DNA of 64,000 nt from Macrostomum lignano (lineage: Eukaryota): positions 372,001 through 436,000 of the forward strand of contig NIVC01000538.1 in the NCBI GenBank assembly GCA_002269645.1. The letters run 5' to 3'. The position numbers were made by a program, and so were the translations under genes. The notes beneath the pieces are model-generated. The model was not told the DNA's origin and ran no database searches. It saw only the letters and a program-made list of their open reading frames with translations. Below, one piece after another: positions 1 to 11,208 of the stretch. How positions within the stretch are numbered: the first letter of the stretch is position 1; every line of letters begins with the position of its first letter.

Positions 1-569
1 CGCAGATATTTTGGCTTGTTAGTTTATAACCTTAATAAAGGCCGTGGCTCTGTCTAGTGTGTCAAATATGAAATGCAGGTCTATTATATGGCTTATACTA
101 ATCCTGAACCCTCTCCAATAGAGCTAACCGACAGCGGAGTGAAAGCCCGCCTGTGGTGGCTGGTGCCAGTTCTAGGCGGCCTCAGGGCGGCCGAGACCTC
201 ATTCTATCTGACCTATAGGCATAGTCGCAGTAATAACGGCAGACGCCGTGAGTTTTGCAATCTTTTTTAGACGGTCACTTTCAGCGCTTCGGATAATTTT
301 ACCAATGTCGGTGCTTGTTAATAGCCATTGTCTGATGGAGTTTATTGTCTGGCACAGTATGCACTAACCGTGTCTTGTTTTCTCTGGGTGCAAAACAGTT
401 TTTCAATTATCAGTCTTGAAATCTCCGTATAACTTTTTTATCTCGCTTCTGTAGTTATTGAGCCGCTACGGGGTGCTTTTGGTGACAGATTTATCAGAAC
501 ATTGCAGTTTTTGCACTCTATAATCTTTAATTGCTCATTCACTAGTGTTCTCTGTGCTCTCATGTGCTC

Positions 570-1138
570 ATTTGCTGGCTAGATTAGCAATCTCTTCTAT
601 TCCTTCATCAGTGATGTTGGCTAGATTAGCAATCCATTCTATTCCTTCATCAGTGATGTTGGCTAGATTAGCAATCCATTCTATTCCTTCATCAGTGATG
701 CAGGCTAGATTAGCAATCCATTCTATTCCTTCATCAGTGATGTTGGCTAGATTAGCAATCCATTCTATTCCTTCATCAGTGATGTTGGCTAGATTAGCAA
801 TCCATTCTATTCCTTCATCAGTGATGCTGGCTAGATTAGCAAACCATTCTATTCCTTCATCAGTGATGCTGGCTAGATTAGCAATCCATTCTATTCCTTC
901 ATCAGTGATGTTGGCTAGATTAGCAATCCATTCTATTCCTTCATCAGTGATGTTGGCTAGATTAGCAATCCATTCTATTCCTTCATCAGTGATGCTGGCT
1001 AGATTAGCAATCCATTCTATTCCTTCATCATTGATGCTGGCTAGATTAGCAATCCATTCTATTCCTTCATCAGTGATGCTGGCTAGATTAGCAATCCATT
1101 CTATTCCTTCATCAGTGATGCTGGCTAGATTAGCAATC
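570..1138 (+). repeat. 42-bp minisatellite array (GATGCTGGCTAGATTAGCAATCCATTCTATTCCTTCATCAGT), copy 1
   Basis: Tandem 42-bp units, directly visible; they explain the MLARLAIHSIPSSV pseudo-ORF. Confidence 0.95.
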
Positions 1139-1185
1139 TGTCATCATTCATCATCATTATTATTGCAAGCCACTCAAACTCCCAG

Positions 1186-4100
1186 GCGGCAACAGCGGGA
1201 GCGGCGGTGCCATCGGCCAGAATACCCGGCTGCCCCACTCGCAGCAGCAGCCGCAGCAGAAGCAGTTTACCCCATTGGGAGCCAAGCGCTCCGTAGTGGA
1301 GAGCTCCGCGCTGATGCGCCAAGCGCAGGAGGTGGTGAAGCAGCGGGAGCAGCAGCTCAGCAGGGCGGCAGCCGGTGGCTTCTCCAAGGCTGCCAATGCG
1401 GCGGCTGCGGCCGCGGCCTCCGCTACTGGCGTGTCTCCCGGCGCCAAGAAGGGCCCGGACACTTCGGCTGCTGATCAGGTAGGGCGATGGGATCATTGTG
1501 GATGGGAACGGAGGATCATAACGAAGGGATAGAGATTATAGCGAAGGGATAGAGAAGATCATAACAAAGGGATCGAGAAATCATAGCGAAGGGATAGAGA
1601 AAATCATAGCGGTGAGACTGGATCATTGTCGAAAAAAGTGTTCATTTCATTGAAAGATTGGTTATTTGACGTAAAATACGAGCGTAGACCGCTCTGCAGG
1701 CATTATGTACCTAACCTATCGTACATACATGCGCAACCTAGGGATTCACCTGGCCGTTTCTATTGGCAACACACACATGTAAGTCGCTATTGGCTGAGAG
1801 CAGTCACGTGACTACTATTCCGTCCAATAGCGACTTACATGTGTGTGTTGCCAATAGAAACGGCCAGGTGAATCCCTAGGTTGCGCCCAAGCATGCTATC
1901 AGACAGCCTGTGAGTGTCTGACAATGAATTTTACTAATCTCTAACCAATCCAGGCCTTCCTAAAGGACATGGCTAGCAGTGTTTTAGACGGCCAGGGTGT
2001 CAGCTTTCTCAAAGCCAATCGGCTGCGCGGCCTAATGGAGAATGAGAACTATAGAAACCTGCTGCTGTCCCGGTTGAACCACAATCTTGGCGACAAGCTC
2101 AGCGATACGAGTCACGATCAGCACCTGGCCGATGTGCCGCTGCGCAAAGCCGTATTTAAAGGCCTGCTCTCCGTGCTGCGCTCCATGGTTGCTGGCCTGG
2201 AGCAGAGCTTTGCCAGCCGCGGCAAAGGCGGCCTGGCCTCGGCCTTGGTGCTGCTGGAGGTGGCCCACACGCACTACTGGCAGAGGGAGGCTGGTGGATT
2301 GGCTAGGAATCAGGAGTCGGCGCAGGTTGGTCTTATTTTAAATTTTCGTGCTCATTTCTAAAAATAACAGTGACGTCATTGAGTATTCTAGGAATGCACT
2401 CCCCATTGGAGTGCATAGACAGCTTTTAACAACAACGGCGGCGTCTAGGAATGCATAGTGTGTCCGTCTTAGAATTTGTAGGCACTTTCTAAAAATAGCA
2501 ATGACATCAGGATTTTCTAGGAATGTACAGCTTGCCCGTCATAAATTTATGGAAGGTCGTTCCCACCCATGGGGACAACACCTGCACTATTTTAGTATTT
2601 TGCACTATTATATTTTTCTGCTCAATTGCGCAAATTTTTTTGAAATATACTCATAAATGTCACTATCTGCTCAAAACAATTTTTGAGAAGTTGGTTCAGC
2701 ATGAAGCTACGCAAATCCACCTGTTATTAGCCGCTCTTGACCAGCTTTGTAGCGACATGCTGCTCAGATTTGTTCGTCCTGACGTGGTGGAGGCGGCAAC
2801 ATCACTCTCCGATCTCTTCACTGCTGCAAAGGATCGCTCTAACCAGCCAGTCAACGCTGACCTTATAATAGGAGCCAACACCAGGACCACTATTGGCCGC
2901 CTGCCCAAAATAGATCGAGTGGGCTTTTTAAGGCAGTGCGAGACTTCTATGTTGAGCTTACCAGTCGCTTCTTTGCCTACCTGCCGTTGGAAAGCAAACT
3001 TCTACGAGGCTTGCGCTTGGTGATCGAGCAAAACAACTGCTCGATCACCAATTGAATTTGGAAGAGACAGTCATCCTAATTGCTAAGGCTATGCCGACTG
3101 TAATTGAACCCGCTCGTCTAGACAACCTGCTGTTGGTCCTCAGCTTCGATGCCCGTGCAAATGCCGAAGCACGTGCTAAGGCAAAGGAGCATGAAGAAGT
3201 AATGAACCGCCTTCAGAAAAAGCTAAACATGCAGCGTCAGAAGGCCAATGAGCGGGAGAAGACAAAAAATCAAGAGGACAAAGCTGCTGAGCAAAAGGTA
3301 ATCGACGAAATAAGAAGCGGCACAGGAGATGCTGCAAAAGGCGGAACAACAACTCAAAATCAACAACTGCGGAAGCGCCAAAGCAGCCAGGCTAAAAAAG
3401 CGCCAGCTGCGAAGAAAAAGAAGTGAATTGCTGGACGATAATACCAGTAAAAACTTAAAGTCTATATTAATTTGAGTTAAGACATGATTTGAGATATGAT
3501 GTGAGACTGAATAATTTGATTTGAATATGATTTGAAACCGGCGCAGTGAAGTGGGGAGTCTGGAATTTGAAAATACAAAAATCGTCAGTGTCAGAGGGCC
3601 GTTGTCTGACTTCAAAAAAAATGTCACTGGATTCAAAAAAAACTTTTAAGGTTTTTATGACTGGAAATGTTAATTTTTTGTTTTCTGTTTGTTAATTATT
3701 TTATATGAAAAAAACAATGCCTAATGTTGCTGCTGCTCAAAAAATTTTGTCCTGCTCAATTATTTTCAAAATTCGCTGTGTGGTCACACTGTTTCCACCA
3801 CCCCCACTGCACAATCCGCCAGCGCCTGTCGCCATTTGGCAGCGAGGACAGTTTATCGAATTCGGCTTCAAATTCGGCTGGCGGTGACCTGGACCCATCC
3901 AAGCTGGTCACTACCGTTGGTAAGCTTGATAAGCTACATATTGCATAATTCCATCGGTCTCGTGCTCAATGTGGCTCTTTAAAATGCCAGCTTTTTTCCG
4001 GGCTTCCCTTTTCTGCTTGTCCCATCTTTTATGACACCCTGATAATTAATAAACAATGAAGATATTGCAACGAAATTCAATATGAAATCTGTCTCAGCCG

Positions 4101-7100
4101 AGTCCACCAAGAATCTGTTGTCAAACGACAAATCGTCGGTCTCTGCCAACAGCAGCTCATGGATGCTGCTCCGACTGTTGAGTCTGCTCAGCGGCCACCG
4201 TGGCGTTGCTAGGGAGTCGGCCATCGTTGGAGCTCCGAAGCGGGCCACCATGAGCCGGCCTAGTTCTATTTTACTCGCGACCGAAGGGTCAGGTATTTTT
4301 AAACGATAAATTTAGATAGCTTCACGGTTGAACCTTCATCCAGCTCGCATTGGCTAACTGGGTACCAGACTAAATCTTGGTGTTGCCAAATGCATTAGCT
4401 GCGATCATATTCATTATTAAACAGTATGCGTTATTGCGTTTTTCCCGAAAAAAATCCTGGTCAAAGTCATGTTTAATACAGTTTTAGTTTTTATCCACTT
4501 GTTTTATTCTATTTGCATTGACTAAATAATTGAGCTCCTCCAGAGAGGGTCGGTCTGCTAGTCCACTATACTAAATCGTTATCTGAACTAGTTGTTAATT
4601 GAGCTCCCCAGAGAGGGTCAGTCTGCTAGTCCACTATACTAAATCGTTATCTGAACTAGTTGTTAATAAGCTCCCCCAGAGAGGGTCAGTGTGCTAGTCC
4701 ACTATACTAAATCGTTATCTGAACTAGTTGTTAATTGAGCTCCCCAGAGAGGGTCAGTGTGCTAGTCCACTATACTAAATCATCTGAACTAGTTGTTAAT
4801 TGAGCTCCCCCAGAGAGGGTCAGTGTGCTAGTCCACTATACTAAATCATCTGAACTAGTTGTTAATTGAGCTCCCCCAGAGAGGGTCAGTGTGCTAGTCC
4901 ACTACAGTCTACTAAATCCAAAGTCTATAAAGATGCAGCATTGTATTTTATCTTTCATATAGTTCATTTAAATTTCAAACAAAGACAAAGATAATAGGCA
5001 GTTTTATGCTTATAACTATCTTAACTATCATATTACCGCCACGCGGTAACGAAAAACTGACCTATAAAACTACCATACCTACCCTATGGTGAAAATTTGT
5101 GTTTTATCCATATTGTTTAACTTCCTATGTTTTTCACGTGCTCTTGAGGTGTGTCTAAAGTATTTGTCCGTTAATGCACGTGTTGTTTTTATCTTGTCTC
5201 TCATTCTTGTCCAGCCGGTTGGTTTAAGGACATCCGAGAGGTCGCCAGTAACGCCGGCAGCCGGGGTGCCAGCCCCCGGAAACAGAGTCGAGGTTTGTGC
5301 TGCCTTTGATGCTGCTTCCCTGCTTGAACCTCTACACTTCCGGGAATTCATAATTTTGGATGTTGGGGCTTAGGCATTTAGGGGTTCAGAGGTTTTGTGT
5401 TTAAGATGTTCATACCCGTGCAGGTGTTTGTGTGCTTTTCTGGTTATCTTAGGGGTGGGGTTGTCTGGGTTTTTGTACACTAGATTTTTGTAGCCTCTTG
5501 AGGATCTCTTGTACACCATCGGGGGTGTTTGTAGGCTCAGAGGGTCTCTTGTACACCATCGGGGGGTGTTTGTAGGCTCAGAGGGTCTCTTGTACACCAT
5601 CAGGGGTGTTTGTAGGCTCAGAGGGTCTCTTGTACACCATCGGGGGTGTTTGTAGGCTCACAGGGTTGTCTGTCCACGTCGTGCTTATTTGTTTGCAATA
5701 AGCTCTTTTTACATGTTGCTTACTTGTATAAATTTATATTTTACTTATCTAGCTAGTAGCCTGTAGCCTATTGGTAGTCATGCTTTAGCGTTGGCATGAT
5801 TGGCATGCTTTAGAAATGTTGTCTATTTATCAATGTTGTCTTCTAGAACCTGTTCCGCTTACAAGATTTCCGATAGAGGAAGCCATTTGCATCATGAATG
5901 GGTCTGATTTTTTTCTATTACTACGTTAAATTTGAAGGCCCAACATAAAATTTTTTATGCATACTTATTTGTGCGATCGAAATTGTAATATTTGTTGTTG
6001 TGCTGAAAGTAAAATGTGTTCTTATCTTAGTAATGATTCATACTAACATCTTTTCACTGCATAACTTTAAAGCTCACAAACATACCCTAAATCACACACT
6101 CATTAGCCTAAATCCCACACTCATTACCCTAAATCTCACACCCATTACCCTCAATCCCACACCCATTACCCTAAATCCCACACCATTACCCTAAATCCCA
6201 CACCATTACCCTAAATCCCACACCATTACCCTAAATCCCACACCAATACCCTAAATCCCACACCCATTACCCTAAATCCCACACCATTACCCTAAATCCC
6301 ACACCCATTACCCTAAATCCCACACCCATTACCCTAAATCCCACACCATTACCCTAATCCCACACCCATTACCCTACTTACTTACTTACTTACTACTGAC
6401 GGGGGGCGCAGGCGCCGCGAATAGGCCGCGAGGCCCCTATCGCAACCCCAAGGTAAAAGAGCACAAGGATTAGCCTTGGGGGTGCGCCCAGTCCCCGCCA
6501 GTAGTCGGCAGGTCCGCAGTGGAGGCATCGGCGACCCTCATCCGGCCGGAGTCCCGGACGAAGGCGCGGAGGTCTCGGATATTGTCCGCGGTGGTCAGCT
6601 CGTCCATCCGCTGGGGGTGGCCGAGGTATTTGTGCCGCGCCTTGTTGAAGTAAGGGCAGAAGGTGACGTGATGCTCCGCGGTCTCCTCTCCTATGCCACA
6701 GAAGGGACAGGTGGGAGGGCAACCGGTTTGCAACGATATATGTCTCTGGAAGAATCCGTGGCCGGTTAGGACCATGCACATCTCCCTGAGGTCGGTTCTG
6801 TTAAGCGAAATCAGATAATCAGAGACTTTCCTGTTCAGGTTAGGCATGGCAGAGCGGCTCTGCCTGTACTCGGTGCAGCTGTTCCAGTGGAGCTGGTGCT
6901 GCTGATGGAGCCACCTGTTGATATGGCGGGTGACTTGCGACCTGGGGGTGGGTAGCCTCATCAGACGGTGGTTGCCGTCTGGGTTGCTGCCCTCCTTGGC
7001 GAGAGAGTCCGCGAGCTCGTTGCCCAGGATGTTGCTGTGACCAGGTGTCCAGATAATTCTAATCCTGTTAAGGACTGAGAGAGATTGCACACTGCGGTGG

Positions 7101-8417
7101 CATTGAGATACTGTAGCAGCGGAGATATTCTCAGTGGTTAAGGCCTTAATAGCAGCTTGGCTATCAGTGTAGAAATTAATGTCAAAATTATTAATGTTCG
7201 CCTGAAACAGTTGCTGGGCACACTGCTCAATGGCGCAAATTTCAGCTTGGAAAACTGAGGTGTTCTCACCGAGGTGCAGACTTTCCTGGAGAAGCATCTT
7301 ACCCTCGTGGAAAATGGCAATACCCGCTCCAGCGCGGCCGTTGAACAGCGAGCCGTCGGTGAAGCAGTGAATGCCCTGGCTGCGCCGGTTCACACCGACA
7401 TCCAGCGGAATGTTGTCTCGGCCAGGGATGGCGGTCTTGAAGCCCCTCCTGATGTTGAGGGCGGGAGGTCGTCTATCCACATTGCCCAGGTCCATGTGGA
7501 TGTTGTTAAGGTCGCGGCGGACAAAGTCCATATGCGGGATTAATGTTTTCATTGGCATAAAGCCAGAGGGCGCGTTATTTAACGTTTTATCTCTGATAAG
7601 CCGGGAGGCAGACTTCATAGCCTCCGCCCTAATAAATAGGTGAAGCGGAGGTAGGTTAAGGATAGTGTTCAGCCCCTCGTAAGGGGTGGACGGGTACGCA
7701 CCTGTGATGGCACGGCAAATGCTGCCCTGAAGCTTATTCTTATCTTAGTAATGATTCATACTAACATCTTTTCACTGCATAACTTTAAAGCTCACAAACA
7801 TACCCTAAATCACACACTCATTAGCCTAAATCCCACACTCATTACCCTAAATCTCACACCCATTACCCTAAATCCCACACCATTACCCTAAATCCCACAC
7901 CATTACCCTAAATCCCACACCATTACCCTAAATCCCACACCATTACCCTAAATCCCACACCATTACCCTAAATCCCACACCCATTACCCTAAATCCCACA
8001 CCATTACCCTAAATCCCACACCCATTACCCTAAATCCCACACCCATTACCCTAAATCCCACACCATTACCCTAATCCCACACCCATTACCCTAAATCCCA
8101 CACCATTACCCTAAATCCCACACCATTACCCTAAATCCCACACCATTACCCTAAATCCCACACCATTACCCTAAATCCCACACCCATTACCCTAAATCCC
8201 ACACCATTACCCTAATCCCACACCCATTACCCTAAATCCCACACCATTACCCTAAATCCCACACCATTACCCTAAATCTCACACCCATTACCCTAAATCC
8301 CACACCATTACCCTAAATCCCACACCCCACCCACAGGCCCGCCCGTGGTGCTGAACGGAGAAGAATATGAAAACATTGAGGTCCGCGGTCGGGCCGGAAG
8401 CGGCGCCAGCGGCAGCA

Positions 8418-8452
<35 letters not shown>

Positions 8453-11071
8453 TCGCAGGACCCGATGCGCGACATGCTCGTGCAGAAGATGATCGGACAG
8501 ACCCGCGCTGGTGTGCACCCCGGCGGAGGCGGCGGAGGCGGCAGCGGCGTATCGAGCATCAATCACCAGCTGATCCGACCCACCTCTGCCGCGACCTCCG
8601 ACCAGCAGCAGCGTCTGGTGTCGCCGGCTGCGTCAACAATCGCGGCGGCATCGGCGGCGGCGTCGGCCGAGGTGGCTACCGTGCCGGGAAAGAGCCGGTG
8701 CTCGTCTGGCTATCGCTACACTGGCGGAGTGAAGGTTCGGCCTCCGTTTTCATGTCGAACAGGGGCGTCGCCATGGGTTTTTATGGTGGGAGACGAAGCC
8801 AAGAATTGTACACATACATGTACATGACTAAATTCCTTTATGTACATTGTTTTCAGAATCGGCGTTGTCAGCGCTCATTTTGGCGCCGCAGGCACTCATT
8901 TTGGCGCCGCAGGTACTCATTTTGGCGCCACAGGCTCTCATTTTGGCGCCGCAGGCACTCATTTTGGCGCCACAGGCACACATTTTGTTTCTGCAGGCAC
9001 TCATTTTGGCGCCGCAGGCACTCATTTTGGCGCCGCAGGCACTTATTTTGTTGCTGCAGGCACTCATTTTGGCGCCGCAGGCACTCATTTTGTTGCTGCA
9101 GGCACTCATTTTGGCGCCGCAGGCACTCATTTTGGCGCCGCAGGCACTCATTTTGTTGCTGCAGGCACTCATTTTGGCGCCGCAGGCACTCATTTTGGCG
9201 CCGCAGGCACTCATTTTGGCGCCGCATGCACTCATTTTGGCGCCGCAGGCACTCATTTTGGCGCTGAAGGTGCTATATTGTGTCTCACTGAAGCAAAATT
9301 ATTGATTTCCATAACGGGTCACGGAGGACAAAACATTGGCATGTCCCCCCATAGATTTTACTGGGTGAGACATGTCACCCTGTCCCCGGTGGCGACGCCC
9401 CTGGTGTCGAATTAAGTAGGCTAAACAGAGGTCAAACTGGCTCTAACCAACCCAATATCTCACGCAGGTTCGAGTCACGCCCGGCAGCTCAGAGGACAGC
9501 GGCCGGACGTATCTGTTCGAGATGCTGGTCTCCAAGGACCGCAGCCAGCTTTGGGACCATCTGCAGTTTTGGGAGGACGCCTTCTTAGACGCTGTGGCCA
9601 CTGAGCGCGACATTGTAGGCATGGACCAGGGACCGAATGAGATGATGTCCAGGTTGGAGTGCTTCGCTAAAACTTCTTAGAGAAAAGAAGCGGAAAGGAA
9701 GGGAGCGGTTTAGAAAGGAAGGGAGCGGATTAGAAAGGAAGGGAGCGGTTTAGAAATAAAGGGAGCGGATTAGAAAGGATGGGAGCGGTTTAGAAAGGAA
9801 GGGAGCAGATTAGAAAGGAAGGGAGCGGATTAGAAAGATAACGGATTAGAAAGGAAGGGAGCGGATTAGAAAGGAAGGGAGCGGATTAGAAAGGAAGGGA
9901 GCGGATTAGAAAGGAAGGGAGCGGTTTAGAAAGGAAGGGAGCGGATTAGAAAGGAAGGGAGCGGTTTAGAAAGGAAGGGAGCGGATTAGAAAGAAGGGAG
10001 CAGATTAGAAAGGAAGGGAGCGGATTAGAAAGGAAGGGAGCGGATTAGAAAGATAACGGATTAGAAAGGAAGGGAGCGGATTAGAAAGGAAGGGAGCGGA
10101 TTAGAAAGGAAGGGGGCGGATTAGAAAGGAAGGGAGCGGATTAGAAAGGAAGGGAGCGGATTAGAAAGGAAGGGGGCGGTTTAGAAAGGAAGGGAGCGGA
10201 TTAGAAAGAAGGGAGCAGATTAGAAAGGAAGGGAGCGGATTAGAAAGGAAGGGAGCGGATTAGAAAGATAACGGATTAGAAAGGAAGGGAGCGGATTAGA
10301 AAGGAAGGGAGCGGATTAGAAAGGAAGGGGGCGGATTAGAAAGGAAGGGGGCGGATTAGAAAGGAAGGGAGCGGATTAGAAAGGAAGGGCAGAAGACTCG
10401 GACTCATTGTCGGACGGGAACGCCCCCTTTCTCTGGCAGATACGAGTCGCTGGGCAGGGCGGAGCGCAAGCGCCTTGAGCTGGACGAGGACCGCCTGCTA
10501 TGCACGATGCTGTACAACCTGACCGCCTTCATGGTGATGATGCGGGTGGACCCGGCCGAGCTGCGCAAGAAGATTCGCCGCCTGCTTGGCAAGAGCCACA
10601 TCGGGCTGCACTACAGCCAGCAGATCAACGCGCTGCTCGACCACGCCGGCGGAATGTCGGGCAACGACGTGGATTTGAAGCCGCCGCTGAGCCGCTTCAT
10701 GCAGAAGCAGTCATTCGCCGTGCACTGCGGCCAGGACAAGACTGGCGACTTGAGATTTCTGGAGGTCTGCGACGACTGCCTCATACTGCGAGCCTGCTCC
10801 GGCGCCATCGTGGACCGCTGGTGGTACGAGAAGCTGGTCAACATGACCTTCTGCCCCAAGACTCGCGTGCTCATTCTCTGGCGCAGGGACGCCGCCGCGG
10901 CCGGCCAGCAGCCGCAGGCGGACTCGACCCGAGCTCCGGCTGTTAAAAATGTCTTCTACAGCAAGCGGTGCCGCGACGTGTACAGCTGCATCCGGGACCA
11001 GATGGCCCGGGCGGCCGCCCGCACCGCCCGCAGCGATGCGACAGGTGGGTTTTGCTTGTGAACAGGCAGGC

Positions 11072-11132
<61 letters not shown>

Positions 11133-11156
11133 CACAGACAGACAGACAGACAGACT

Positions 11157-11208
<52 letters not shown>

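Noticed and set aside
73-270. Additional MADD exon (122-247 would be phase-compatible)
   Set aside because: The translation (..ARLWWLVPVLGG..) shows no resemblance to MADD that I can recognise. Left uncalled pending RNA data.
545-1474. Long repetitive ORFs in the supplied track (MLARLAIHSIPSSV, LTGHSAIH, SQSV, PLGLH, GMGQW, etc.)
   Set aside because: They are translations of tandem repeats that lack stops in some frames. They sit in introns or intergenic DNA and show no domain signal.
4530-4905. CRISPR-like look of the ~66-bp repeats (also 34355-34900)
   Set aside because: The units are head-to-tail with no unique spacers, the context is eukaryotic, and there are no cas genes.
6085-8330. 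Interstitial telomere
   Set aside because: The unit is a 20/21-mer containing only one TTTAGGG-like motif, not tandem hexamers.
9465-9490. tRNA T-loop / B-box-like GGTTCGAGTC
   Set aside because: It is the acceptor and first codons of a MADD exon, and no cloverleaf or A-box is present.
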